From Gammaproteobacteria bacterium (GTDB lineage: Bacteria > Pseudomonadota > Gammaproteobacteria > CBDBNL01 > JAAOII01), in assembly GCA_965209035.1 (NCBI GenBank), contig OZ242372.1, positions 832,001-896,000 on the forward strand: a stretch of 64,000 bases of DNA. Reading direction: 5' to 3'. Below, one piece after another: positions 52,747 through 63,140 of the stretch (position 1 is the stretch's first letter; every line of letters starts with the position of its first letter). The position numbers and the translations under genes were made by a program. Under the pieces are notes generated by a model. That model made no database searches and was not told where the DNA came from. It saw only the letters and a program-made list of their open reading frames with translations.

Positions 52747-53870
52747 CTAATAGTTTACCATATTTCTGTATGATCCCACTTGTATTGTATGGTCCCACCC
52801 ATTTCTGGACTTTTGTTGTTTTTGCAAAAATTGGATCGGCGAGAGTTGTTTGAGAGCATAATGGGGACGTTCCAGATTATACCAAGCCAACCACTCGATG
52901 AGTTTGGCGTTGAATGCCGGCATATCCTTAACCAAGAGATGCCGCATATGACAACCGAACTCTTCCCAGAGAGTGCGATTAAACCGTTCGCAGTGTGCAT
53001 TCATTTGCGGTTTCCTTGGATAAGTATACCAGTGGGTGCTGCCGTTTGCGGTCACGATCCGGTGAAAGTCTTTGGCGAACTCACTGCCATTATCGGTGAG
53101 GACTTTTTCGATCCGAGTGCCGAGTATGTTTTGCATGGCGGTAAAGAGCCGGGCGGAACTGGCCGAAGCAGCCGAGGTATCGACATGGACTAGCGCGATG
53201 CGGGAAAATAGATCAATGCCGACATGCCAATAAAAGCGCCGGCCATCGACGATGCGGACGAGCGTATCAAAGGCAACACATTCACCTCTCCGGCCCGCAA
53301 CAAAGCAGATGTCCTTGCGCTCGCGAGGAGCACCTTGCCGCGGGTTCTTCTGCTCGGTCAGCGATGACTGGTGCCGCATCTTACCCGGTGCATCAGCGAT
53401 GATGCGGGCAATGGTTGACCGGCTGGGTGCCGGCAGCCCCTGCTGCTGGCACCATTCGGGTAACAAGCAGACCAGTTTATTGGGACCGATATTCGGTCGC
53501 TCTTGTCGCCAAGACCGGATCTTGTCAATCAGTGCCGGTGGCCAGGTGTTGGACCGCTTGGGCTGATACCCATAGTTGTTCGCCAGTTCATCGACCCCGC
53601 CTTCACGGAAACGCCGCTGCCACTCGTAGAATGTAGCACGACTGATCCCGGCATGATCCAGCGCCGCCGCGACACCATGTTTGCGCGCGAACGCTAAGGT
53701 GTCCAGTTTGATTTTGGTGGTTTTAGACATGTTTGAATATTTGTTTGCTAAAACCACCATTTTATTGAAACCGCGCACGCGATAACCAATGTAGCGTAAA
53801 CGTGTTCCTCTCATTTCCAATGTGCAGTCCGGCTGCCCTCACAAACCGTACCGTCTCGCCAGCGGATACA
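52747..53870 (-). mobile_element. IS481-family element with intact DDE transposase (ATG 53814; right end ...GGGTGGGACCATACA at 52786)
   Basis: HTH ISRATFYEWQRRF, FDT, IDLFSR, TDNGSEF, PQMNAHCERFNRT, WYNLERPH; left end uncertain (53852-53870). Confidence 0.92.
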
Positions 53871-54085
53871 CCTAGACAGTTTTATCAACAACAAGCCTCC
53901 GCTGTCTGCGGCGGTGAGAGCAAAACAGCTATCCGTCCTTCTTGCCCGTTTCATTCATCTAGCTCCACATACCGAAGACCCGTTGCCGGATCTATTTTCG
54001 ACCCGTCCGACAGAACCTCCGGCTGCTTGATCTGAGGACGCACAATACCAAACTCAGAGTCCAGAACCTTTATGAGACTATGCAT

Positions 54086-54128
54086 TGTATGATCCCACCC
54101 ATTTCCGGACTTTTGTTGTTTTTGTAAA
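54086..54128 (-). mobile_element. Isolated IS481 right-end remnant
   Basis: tgtatgatcccacccatttccggacttttgttgtttttg is nearly identical to 52786-52824. Confidence 0.85.
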
Positions 54129-54405
54129 CGCGTTATTTTGGGCAACAGCCGGATGGGGCGGTCTTTGTTTCGGCTTGTTTGTCATCCTCATCCTATTTGA
54201 TGCCGAGTCCGGCAAGACAAAAGGGGCGATAGCATCCGGTTCGGCACTTTCGGTGTTTGCACAAAAACCGATTGGAATCATATCATCAAGATCCTTTACT
54301 TTCACATACCATAGACTTGTTTTCGGATTGATGTGCTCCGACCCGAGATCGGTTAGGAAAAAATGTGCCGAATCTTGCCGACAGGATGCGGGCAGAAACA
54401 GGGAT

Positions 54406-55425
54406 ATGAGTATAATGCCGTATATGGTAAAGGATCTCTTTGGCGGCCCATCGGATCATCCCGAGAATCAAACTTCAACCGGCAGCAGGAACAATACTTT
54501 GAGTTGCAGTGCCGCTGAGATCTTAAATCTCAGTGCCGAGTTACTGAAATTAAAAGCCCCGGCTGCTCGCGATGATTTGGATAATAAAGTGATATGCCAA
54601 GACTTTTTTGATGCCGTTTCTTATTTACCCGCGGCGTTTGTCGATCTGCTGATTTTAGATCCGCCATATAATTTGACGAAGAATTATAATGGGAATGTTT
54701 TTTCGGCTAAAAAATATTCGGAGTATGAGAGTTGGTTTGAAAAAATGATTGTCCCGCTTAAACCGCTGCTTAAAAAAACCGCATCTGTGTATGTCTGTGC
54801 GGATTGGCGCACATCCGTCATTATAGCCCCGATACTGAGCAAGCATTTTAAGGTGCAGAACCGCATTACTTGGGAAAGGGAAAAGGGGCGAGGAGCGGAA
54901 AGAAATTGGAAAAATAACCTGGAAGATATTTGGTTTTGCACTGTCGATAGCAAGGATTATTATTACAATGCCGCAGCGGTAAAAATTAAGAAAAGAGTGG
55001 TCGCCCCTTATAAGAAAAATGGTCAACCCAGAGATTGGCAAGAACAAAACGGAAAAAATTTTAGGTTGACATATCATTCAAATATATGGACCGATATCAC
55101 CATTCCTTTCTTCTCTATGCGGGAGAACACACCACACCCAACGCAAAAGTCTGAAAAATTGTTTGCGAAATTAATGCTGGCGAGTAGTAAAGAAAATGAT
55201 ATGGTTTTTGATCCCTTTGGCGGCAGCGGCACCGCCGCTGTGGTGGCAAAAAAATTAAACCGCAGGTATTTATTAATAGAAAATAATCGAGAATATTGTT
55301 GTTGGGGATTAAAAAGACTAAGGCTTTCCACCATGAATAAAAGAATACAAGGGTTTACAGGCGGAGTTTTTTGGGAGAGGAATACCTTATCCGAACAAAC
55401 TAAAATGCTTAAATCAGTCGTATGA
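54406..55425 (+). CDS. Site-specific DNA methyltransferase (beta-class order)
   Basis: DPPY precedes HPTQK and DPFGGSGT. Confidence 0.9.
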   Translation: MSIMPYMVKDLFGGPSDHPENQTSTGSRNNTLSCSAAEILNLSAELLKLKAPAARDDLDNKVICQDFFDAVSYLPAAFVDLLILDPPYNLTKNYNGNVFSAKKYSEYESWFEKMIVPLKPLLKKTASVYVCADWRTSVIIAPILSKHFKVQNRITWEREKGRGAERNWKNNLEDIWFCTVDSKDYYYNAAAVKIKKRVVAPYKKNGQPRDWQEQNGKNFRLTYHSNIWTDITIPFFSMRENTPHPTQKSEKLFAKLMLASSKENDMVFDPFGGSGTAAVVAKKLNRRYLLIENNREYCCWGLKRLRLSTMNKRIQGFTGGVFWERNTLSEQTKMLKSVV

Positions 55426-55640
55426 AGCCTGCATTTTTTTATGAAAAGAAAAGTGCTACCGTTGCCAAGAGAATTAAAGATTCTATTAATAAGCACGAAG
55501 CATTTTTAACGAAAGACCCCCCCATAGTCCCGGGGCAGTCGGGGACTCTGTGCAAGGCCTTATTGAAACAGAATTTTCAACTCTTGCCAAAGAATGGATT
55601 GCATCCTATGGCATCAAGTTTTGCCGGGAGATTTCTTTGG
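55422..55640 (+). pseudogene. Probable truncated, frameshifted restriction endonuclease partner
   Basis: ATGA-coupled to the MTase; MKPAFFYE..EAFLTKD, apparent shift at a C-run to SPGAVGDSVQGLIE, then cut at the end of the convergent gene; the family call is inference. Confidence 0.4.
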
Positions 55641-55649
55641 GTTGTTAAC

Positions 55650-56603
55650 CTAAAACTGGCGTTGGCTCCTTGCGCCTCTTTCCAATACGCCAAAGCCCGC
55701 TTTGCCCAAGGCCTGTCTGACCGAGTGCATTCTAATATGCCGGCAATGATTGGTTGCCCGAGAACTGAACTTGAGCCAATTCGTGTTGCCCAGTGTTTTT
55801 AGGATTTTTTGTTTGTCTTTTTTTAAGATTAATCCGTAGCCGGAACCATACTTAACCTCTTCAAAGTCGGTAACGATGGTGATATCGTCGTTGTAAAAAG
55901 AAGAGGAGATATAACAATCGTAAGTGCCTAGCTTATCCAGCCCGCATAGCCTGGCGGGAGACGAACAAACGGTAAATATTTCCGCATACTCGCTGACATC
56001 GTAATCTTCAAAATTGTGTTTGCCATACCCTCGCTTCCAAACTTGAAAAACCGTATTGATACTGACTCTTTTATTGACATCCGGGATATAAAAACAATCT
56101 CCCTTCAACTCCTTGGTGTGCAAAAGTTGCCCGTTTAATACTCTCAGCATATTGGTTCCTTTGCCGTTGGTATAAAAAGACATCGGCAAAATAAAGCCCA
56201 CATATTCGCTAAACAATAAGGCTCTGTTGATAAACGCCAAAGCATAAGCGCCTCTTATTCCAAACGGAGGATTGCCTATCGTGATGTACTTTTTTGAAGG
56301 ATCTGCCGGATACCACTTCAAAAAGTCCGCCTTATTAACATAATCTTTTCGGGGCAAAATGTCTATTGCCACCCTCCTTCCTTCGGGGAGTAAATCATAA
56401 AAACAACCGTCGCCGGCACTGGGGTCTATAAAAGTAAAGCCATGCAGGTCTGCCGGGACGGATTTTGTAAACAACTCAAAGCATTCCTCGGCAATCATCT
56501 TGTCCGTAAAAAAACTATCTTCCGGCAGTTTTTTGTTTACCGCATAAAAAGGAAGTTCCGTTATTTCTTGCGTGTTCCGCAATCCCTTCCAAGCGCTACT
56601 CAT
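55650..56603 (-). CDS. SAM-dependent DNA methyltransferase (gamma-class order)
   Basis: FIDPSAGDG motif I followed by IGNPPFG motif IV. Confidence 0.8.
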   Translation of the reverse strand: MSSAWKGLRNTQEITELPFYAVNKKLPEDSFFTDKMIAEECFELFTKSVPADLHGFTFIDPSAGDGCFYDLLPEGRRVAIDILPRKDYVNKADFLKWYPADPSKKYITIGNPPFGIRGAYALAFINRALLFSEYVGFILPMSFYTNGKGTNMLRVLNGQLLHTKELKGDCFYIPDVNKRVSINTVFQVWKRGYGKHNFEDYDVSEYAEIFTVCSSPARLCGLDKLGTYDCYISSSFYNDDITIVTDFEEVKYGSGYGLILKKDKQKILKTLGNTNWLKFSSRATNHCRHIRMHSVRQALGKAGFGVLERGARSQRQF

Positions 56604-56638
56604 TACTTAAGCAATTTGTTCCGCGTTTTTTTGCTTTG

Positions 56639-57406
56639 TTAAGGCGCCACCGCGATCAATCGCATCCGGTAATGGTCGGGGTTGCCGAGCGGTTTGCGGA
56701 CTTCCAGCAAAATATCCGCATCGCCTCCCCCCTTCACCGAAGTGTCGCTGACAACACTGTCCGCCAAATATTGATCCGGCGAAAATCTGCCGGAAGCCAA
56801 GCGGGTGTTATGAACATCAAAAAAGACAACTTCCACCCAAGGAAACGCCCGCGAGAACTTGGCACGATTACGGATATTGCCCCGGATGACATAGACGGCA
56901 TCTTCGCGCAGATTGACCCGCAGCTCGCCCAAAACCAGATCGCTCGGCTCAACAAATGCCGGCAGTTGGCAATTCAAGTTACGCACCGCACACAAAAAAG
57001 CATACACGGGCCGCAAGTTTTCTTTGGACGCCCAGTCATCAAAACGCACCCATGCCAACTGAAACAAAAACACCGCCAGCAAGGCGCCATTCAAAAGCAG
57101 ACCGCCCCAAATCCTTAGTCTTTTCTTTCTTCTGTAACTTGCATAACCGGTATTATCCGAGGTCAAAATATCTTCCATAGGGTCTATTTTACTTGCATTC
57201 TCGTTGTGTGCTTCGGCAACCGACTTGTTTTTCGGCTTGCTGCCCGTCCGGGAAGAGAAAAATCCTTTCAACAGATGATCCGGGGCGTGAAAACGCAGAT
57301 CGCAATGACCGCAGATTACATCGCCGTCGGCCTTCTCCATATCTTTTTGAGTCAGGTCCATCTCCGAATTGCACGAAGGACAAAGTGCCGTATAAGGAGT
57401 CATCAT
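56639..57406 (-). CDS. Zinc-ribbon + DUF3426-like membrane protein
   Basis: CPSC..CGHC..F, TM helix, CAVRNLNCQLP, NRAKFSRAFP, FSPDQYL. Confidence 0.8.
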   Translation of the reverse strand: MMTPYTALCPSCNSEMDLTQKDMEKADGDVICGHCDLRFHAPDHLLKGFFSSRTGSKPKNKSVAEAHNENASKIDPMEDILTSDNTGYASYRRKKRLRIWGGLLLNGALLAVFLFQLAWVRFDDWASKENLRPVYAFLCAVRNLNCQLPAFVEPSDLVLGELRVNLREDAVYVIRGNIRNRAKFSRAFPWVEVVFFDVHNTRLASGRFSPDQYLADSVVSDTSVKGGGDADILLEVRKPLGNPDHYRMRLIAVAP

Positions 57407-57705
57407 ATATTAATAATTTTATGGCAAGAACCCAAATTCGGTATGATCCGCCCCGCCCGGTTTTGGGTTCTGCGTGCTTGTGTCCGAAGCGAGACGGTGA
57501 TATCGCCCGGGCGGGCGGATGGTGATAGTGCTTCGGTTACCGAAGCGCCATTAAGTATTGGGCGTTAACAAAGAATAGAGAATAGAGCAGTTTGACATTT
57601 GACAAGATTCCCAATGTCTCCAATGTCCCCCGGCATGATCAAAATCTAAATCGGGTTGCAAGATGACCTTGCCGGTTACCCGGGGCGTTCGCGCGCATCG
57701 CGCAC

Positions 57706-58302
57706 TTATGCCCTGCGCTGTGCCGCCAGATCCTTGAGTGCCGCCCGCACCAGTTCTTCGGTGCTCATATCTGACCCTGACCCCGTCCCCGTCCCCGACC
57801 GCTGAATCCTTTCCAATACTGCCGCCGCTTCCGGCCGCTTATAACCCAAAGAGACTAACGCATTTTCCGCTTCGCGCCGGCCGGGACTTGCGTCCGCGGA
57901 ACCTGCCGCGATCGCATCCCCCAATTCATTAATCAATCGCCGTGCCATCTTGTTGCCCACACTCGGCACACGCAGCAGTTGCCGGACCTGTCCTTCCCGG
58001 ACAATGTCGCCGAGTTCGCCGACGGACAGGGTGCCGAGGATGTTCATCGCCAGTTTCGGTCCCACCGAGCTGATGCCAATCAGCGAACGAAACACTTGCC
58101 GCTCTTCGTCATCCAAAAATCCGTAAAGGGTGTGACTGTCCTCGCGCAGGACGGAATGAATGTAAAGTCGGGCATTGTCGCCCACTTTCAATTTTTCGCC
58201 GGCGGACAGCGATATTTCAATCCGGTAACCGACGCCGCCGACATCCGCAACCGCATAGCGAATATGCTTTGCGGTTATCTTGCCTTGGATATACTCAAAC
58301 AA
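57706..58302 (-). CDS. ruvA: Holliday junction branch migration protein RuvA
   Basis: DVGGVGY, REDSHTLYGF, VGPKLA, ALVSLGY. Confidence 0.96.
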   Translation of the reverse strand: MFEYIQGKITAKHIRYAVADVGGVGYRIEISLSAGEKLKVGDNARLYIHSVLREDSHTLYGFLDDEERQVFRSLIGISSVGPKLAMNILGTLSVGELGDIVREGQVRQLLRVPSVGNKMARRLINELGDAIAAGSADASPGRREAENALVSLGYKRPEAAAVLERIQRSGTGTGSGSDMSTEELVRAALKDLAAQRRA

Positions 58303-58336
58303 TATTTGGTCCCGGTACTTTCAAAACCTTCTCTTA

Positions 58337-58410
58337 TATAAACCAAATGATTGAGCGTATAAACCAAGCGATTGAACGTATAAACTAAATGATTGAGCTA
58401 CGATTGAACG
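58337..58410. repeat. 21-bp tandem repeat x3 between dnaK and ruvA
   Basis: tataaaccaaatgattgagcg / tataaaccaagcgattgaacg / tataaactaaatgattgagct. Confidence 0.85.
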
Positions 58411-58512
58411 GCACTCTGTCCCATCCCGACGCACAAACAACAGAGCCGAAGGCGCAATCAATGCTCAATGCCGAGGGCCGAGGGCTCCGGGCTATCGGTT
58501 ATCTTGCCCGCC

Positions 58513-60567
58513 TCACTTTTCTTGCTTTTTGGGCTTCTTGGTCTTTTTGGCTTCGGACTCTGTGTCTGCCGTGTCCGCCGCATCCGCCGGGTCGTCTTGA
58601 ACCTCTTCAAAAGAGGCATCCTTAACACCGGCGTCCGAATTTTGGGCATCCGTGTCCTCGCCGGACTCGGATCGGGAAGCCGCATCGGAAGCCGCATCGG
58701 AAGCCGCCCCGGAAGCTGAATTGTCTCCCTGATTGGCACTGTCGCTTTCGGCCTGCTTGGCGGCCAGCTCGGTCAAAGGAGCGGACTTCTCGCTCAGTTC
58801 CTTGATCTTTTGCTCAAGCGCATCCTTGTCGTCGCCGGCAATCGCTTCCTCCAGATCTTTGATTGCCCCTTCCGTCTCCTTGCGCTGCTCTTCGGTCAGT
58901 TCGTCTTTGTGTTTTTCAAATGCCTTGCGTGTCGCGTTGAGTAAGATATCACCCGTATTTCGCACTGCCACCAATTTTTCAAACTCGGCATCGTCGTCCG
59001 CATGCGCTTCGGCTTCTTTCACCATGCGATCTATCTCAGTTTCTTCCAAACCGCCGGAAGCCTGAATGCGAATAGACTGTTCCTTCCCGCTCTTTTTGTC
59101 CGTTGCCGATACATGCAAAATACCGTTGGCATCTATATCAAAACTGACATCTATCTGCGGGATACCGCGCGGTGCCAACGGCAGATCGGTCAAATCAAAC
59201 TTGCCGAGAGACTTGTTGTCCATCGCGCGCTTGCGTTCTCCTTGCAGCACATGGATGGTGACCGCCGGCTGGTTATCATCCGCCGTGGAAAAGATCTGAT
59301 TCTTTTTCACCGGGATCGTGGTGTTTCGCTCAATCAAATTGGTTGTCATACCGCCGAGCGTTTCGATACCCAAAGACAAGGGGGTAACATCCAAGAGGAG
59401 GACATCCTTAACATCGCCGGAAAGAACCGCCGCTTGAATGGCCGCACCCATCGCCACAGCCTCGTCCGGGTTGATGTCGCGGCGCGGCTCCTTCTTGAAG
59501 AATTCCTGCACTTTTTTCTGCACCAACGGCATGCGTGTCTGACCGCCGACCAAAATGACCTCGTCAATCTCCCCGACATTCAGTTTGGCATCCTTCACCG
59601 CCTGACGACAAGGCTCTATGGTTTTGTCAATCATCTCTTCGGCCAACCCTTCCAGTTTTGCCCGCGTCAATTTGATATTGAGATGCTTGGGACCGCCGCT
59701 GTCGGCGGTAATGTAGGGAAGATTAACATCCGTTTGCTGCGCCGAGGACAATTCTATTTTTGTCTTTTCAGCCGCTTCTTTTAATCTTTGCATTGCAAGC
59801 GGGTCCTTGGTTAAATCCAATCCCGTGTCCTTCTTAAACTCGGCTGTCAGGTAATCAATCAAAAGATTATCCAGATCTTCACCGCCGAGGAAAGTATTGC
59901 CGTTGGTTGCCAGCACCTGAAACTGCTGCTCGCCGTCCACGCTTGCCACTTCTATGACAGAAATATCAAATGTGCCACCGCCCAGGTCGTAAACCGCTAT
60001 CTTTGATTCTTTGTTTTTCTTGTCCATCCCGTAAGCGAGTGCCGCAGCCGTCGGCTCGTTGATGATGCGTTTGACTTCCAGCCCGGCAATGCGGCCGGCG
60101 TCTTTGGTTGCCTGGCGCTGGGCGTCATTAAAATACGCCGGCACCGTGATCACCGCTTGGGTCACCTTGGTATCAAAGTAATCTTCCGCCGCTTTTTTCA
60201 TCTTCTTCAGAATCTCCGCGGAAATTTGCGGCGGTGCCAGTTCTTTGTCGTTCACTTTAATCCAAGCGTCGCCGTTCTTGGCCTTAACGATTTTGAAAGG
60301 AGCCCTTTTTGCCTCTTCCGGCACTGTTTTGTCTTCAAACTTACGACCCAGCAATCGCTTAATCCCGTATAGGGTGCGTTCCGGGTTTGTCACACTTTGA
60401 CGCTTGGCGGGTTGGCCGACCAAGATGCCGTCATCGTCCGTATAGGCGACCACCGAGGGGGTGGTGCGCGCTCCTTCCGCATTTTCAATAATTTTGGGTG
60501 TTCCCCCTTCCACTACCGCAAGGCAGGAATTGGTGGTTCCCAGATCAATACCGATGATTTTTGTCAT
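58513..60567 (-). CDS. dnaK: Chaperone DnaK with extended C-terminal tail
   Basis: [37 protein letters not shown]. Confidence 0.99.
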   Translation of the reverse strand: MTKIIGIDLGTTNSCLAVVEGGTPKIIENAEGARTTPSVVAYTDDDGILVGQPAKRQSVTNPERTLYGIKRLLGRKFEDKTVPEEAKRAPFKIVKAKNGDAWIKVNDKELAPPQISAEILKKMKKAAEDYFDTKVTQAVITVPAYFNDAQRQATKDAGRIAGLEVKRIINEPTAAALAYGMDKKNKESKIAVYDLGGGTFDISVIEVASVDGEQQFQVLATNGNTFLGGEDLDNLLIDYLTAEFKKDTGLDLTKDPLAMQRLKEAAEKTKIELSSAQQTDVNLPYITADSGGPKHLNIKLTRAKLEGLAEEMIDKTIEPCRQAVKDAKLNVGEIDEVILVGGQTRMPLVQKKVQEFFKKEPRRDINPDEAVAMGAAIQAAVLSGDVKDVLLLDVTPLSLGIETLGGMTTNLIERNTTIPVKKNQIFSTADDNQPAVTIHVLQGERKRAMDNKSLGKFDLTDLPLAPRGIPQIDVSFDIDANGILHVSATDKKSGKEQSIRIQASGGLEETEIDRMVKEAEAHADDDAEFEKLVAVRNTGDILLNATRKAFEKHKDELTEEQRKETEGAIKDLEEAIAGDDKDALEQKIKELSEKSAPLTELAAKQAESDSANQGDNSASGAASDAASDAASRSESGEDTDAQNSDAGVKDASFEEVQDDPADAADTADTESEAKKTKKPKKQEK

Positions 60568-60718
60568 TTGTTTGTTCTCTTTGTACTAACTTTACTTATC
60601 ATTAAATTAAATTAAAATCTTTGCGCTTATCTGCCGGTGCTGTGTAAAAATCCTCGGACAAGAATTCTTAGGCAAGAATCCTCGGGCGGGAATATTCGGG
60701 TAAGAAGCCATAGTAAAA

Positions 60719-60746
60719 ATATAGGGGACATTTTTGGTATTTCAAC
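60719..60746 (-). promoter_or_regulatory. sigma32-type heat-shock promoter of dnaK
   Basis: GTTGAAA-taccaaaaatgt-CCCCTATAT about 150 nt upstream of dnaK. Confidence 0.6.
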
Positions 60747-60870
60747 AGATACACTCCGCGGAGATGTATTGCGTGCCTCGGAGTGGCGCACTCAAAAATT
60801 GGCGGCGGATTATGATTTGGCAACGGGTGTTGCCCCGGAAGATTGGATTTACCTTCCAAACAGGGCAGAA

Positions 60871-62115
60871 TTAATAAGCTATCTTCTTGAAGATGATTTT
60901 TTGTTCCGATTCGTTAACTGCGTATTCTAAAAATACCGGCGGGCGCGTTTCCAAGGGGAATCCCTTTGCTTCTTGTAAAAACTTTTTTGGAAATTGATGA
61001 CCGATTAAGATCGGCTGCACTTTCTTTCTGTTATTCTTTTTGTCGTTGCCAAAAATTAACTGAGAGATCCATTTTGTATAATCGGACACTTGTTTTAATG
61101 CTTTGATGTCCACCTTTCCCTTTTTGAGCTCGATCACATTGACTTTCGTTCTGGCTGTGGGGTCTTTGTGAATTGTCAAAATATCCACTTTTTCACCGCC
61201 TATCCCGTAAAGCATGTTGTTTGCAAAGTATTCCAGATCATGACTGCCGACATCATCTTTTAAAACAGGCAGATCCTTATCGATATTTTGCATTAACCAT
61301 GCCTCAAGAAATGCTTCTACTTGCAACTCGCCGTTTGGATGGGTTAAAAGCGGGACAATTATTTCCTTGGCGGTGTCCGGTCTTGCATAAGGAGTAAAAC
61401 AAACGCCGGTCAGTTCTTCATACAGGTCGTTAAGCATAAATCCCAATTTATGGCTTTCTTCGGGCAAAATCGGGTTTATACTGCGGGCTCTGCCCGCTCC
61501 GTAGGTTTTTCTAAACAACATAGTCCATAAGACGGGCAGGTTATCCTTAATGTAGTTTCTATCGATATAAGCGGTGTTGTCATCTATGACGGCTTCTTTG
61601 TCTTCCGTTTCGTTGTAAAAAAGTTTGACGGGTTGAATTAATATCCTGTTCGGCAAAATACTTGCTGCGAGAATAGCACCGCACTTTACACATCGTTTTT
61701 TTGTTCTATCGTCCGGGTGACTTTTTTCCGATAGATTGCAGGAGCATTTGGGGCAAGACCCAAAGATTTTTTTACCCCGCGAAGATAAACCGAGCGCGGA
61801 ATTTTCCGAGACGCCGTCTATGTCAGTTGTATCGAAAAAAGGCTCACTTTTTATTTGGTAAATACCTCTAAATCCGCATTCCTTTTTTTCTTCATCCACT
61901 CGCATTTGATAAAAAAAGACAAAGTCGCCGGGGCGGACACTGAGCATATCCGCGTATAAACCGTATCGGCTGGTATTGAAAAAGCCTCTTCTGTTTTTTT
62001 CGACGGGGTTCTTCACACCGCAGAATAGTCGGTCTCTGTGAACCGGATAACTGTTTTTGTCAACTACGAAAACGAATGTTTTTCTATGCATACTAAAATA
62101 AGTTGAGTGCATCAT
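60871..62115 (-). CDS. NucS-like PD-(D/E)XK endonuclease with N-terminal EVE/DCD-like region and zinc ribbon
   Basis: VRPGDFVFFY..GFRGIY..SEPFFD, CPKC..CVKC, EAFLEAWL..N, KVDIL..VIELKK, Q..DY..W. Confidence 0.65.
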   Translation of the reverse strand: MMHSTYFSMHRKTFVFVVDKNSYPVHRDRLFCGVKNPVEKNRRGFFNTSRYGLYADMLSVRPGDFVFFYQMRVDEEKKECGFRGIYQIKSEPFFDTTDIDGVSENSALGLSSRGKKIFGSCPKCSCNLSEKSHPDDRTKKRCVKCGAILAASILPNRILIQPVKLFYNETEDKEAVIDDNTAYIDRNYIKDNLPVLWTMLFRKTYGAGRARSINPILPEESHKLGFMLNDLYEELTGVCFTPYARPDTAKEIIVPLLTHPNGELQVEAFLEAWLMQNIDKDLPVLKDDVGSHDLEYFANNMLYGIGGEKVDILTIHKDPTARTKVNVIELKKGKVDIKALKQVSDYTKWISQLIFGNDKKNNRKKVQPILIGHQFPKKFLQEAKGFPLETRPPVFLEYAVNESEQKIIFKKIAY

Positions 62116-63064
62116 TAATCGTATTGTTACGCTTTATTTTTTCGTTCAGAGCGGGTCGGTATTTGATGGAAGCATTTTTCTTGAACACTTCTTCCCCGGT
62201 CGGTTTGTAAAAAATGAGAACATACGAATGAATGTTCATAGATTGGAACGGTCTTTTACCGAAAGGGCGAAATCCGCCACTTCTGTAATAACGCCAAATT
62301 AATAAATCAAACAGGTGCATTTTCTTGTTTCTGAAATAGTTGATAACATCCACATGAATCGGGACAATTCGGCGAGACGCTCCTATGCGGTTATCGGCAA
62401 CAAAGATAACCAGGTATTTGCCTTTCTTTAGGACCCGCCACATTTCTTCAAATGCCTTGTTTATTTCTGTTAAGAAGTCATCATAGTTTTCCAAAGCACT
62501 CAGGTCGTCTTGTTGATCCGAGTAGCGAATCATATCGCCGTATGGTATGTCGGTTATGATGGCATCAAAAGACTCGCTGTCCCATTTTAGTGAGCGAGCA
62601 TCCGCCACCGCCGCTTGGTGAAGCGTTTTTATTAATCCGTCATCTTTAACTTTTATTTTTTCTATGGTATCCGTGTAATCTTTAATCGCCTTGTCAATCT
62701 TTACCAGACCGTAGCGGTGGTTATTATTAAGTGAGAAGCGTTCTTTTTCCAAATCGCCGATCAGTGTTCGATAACTTGCAATCATCTCTTGGGGGCCCAA
62801 AAGACGCAACTTTTCTTTTACGATCCCAATAGCATTTTGATTGATATCCAAACTAACGGAATTTCTGCCCTGTAATTTTGCTTCCACGGCCAGAGTACCG
62901 GATCCGCTAAACGGGTCCAGTATCATATCTTGTTCTTTTGAAAAACGCTTGACCAGATGGTGAAAAACAATAGGGCGAATTTTACTCGGATATTCTCCAA
63001 CTCCATGTACCGAATAATTCACGGTTCCTTGTCGTCCAAAGTCCCATATAGATTTGTAACTCAT
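62093..63064 (-). CDS. DNA amino-methyltransferase (motif I before motif IV)
   Basis: ILDPFSGSGT, IITDIPYG, EMWRVLKKGK; overlaps the nuclease start. Confidence 0.85.
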   Translation of the reverse strand: MSYKSIWDFGRQGTVNYSVHGVGEYPSKIRPIVFHHLVKRFSKEQDMILDPFSGSGTLAVEAKLQGRNSVSLDINQNAIGIVKEKLRLLGPQEMIASYRTLIGDLEKERFSLNNNHRYGLVKIDKAIKDYTDTIEKIKVKDDGLIKTLHQAAVADARSLKWDSESFDAIITDIPYGDMIRYSDQQDDLSALENYDDFLTEINKAFEEMWRVLKKGKYLVIFVADNRIGASRRIVPIHVDVINYFRNKKMHLFDLLIWRYYRSGGFRPFGKRPFQSMNIHSYVLIFYKPTGEEVFKKNASIKYRPALNEKIKRNNTINDALNLF

Positions 63065-63140
63065 AATTTTCTAAGCCTCATATCCTTATTATTATAGAAA
63101 GAAACGGAAAGATTTGTATTCCATATAAAACGAATCGGAT

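Noticed and set aside
54085-54405. Hydrophobic N-terminal extension on the methyltransferase
   Set aside because: It begins inside an IS481 end remnant; the recognisable protein starts near 54406
60637-60930. 97-aa ORF upstream of dnaK
   Set aside because: Overlaps the sigma32-type promoter and the end of the nuclease gene on the opposite strand; no recognisable motif
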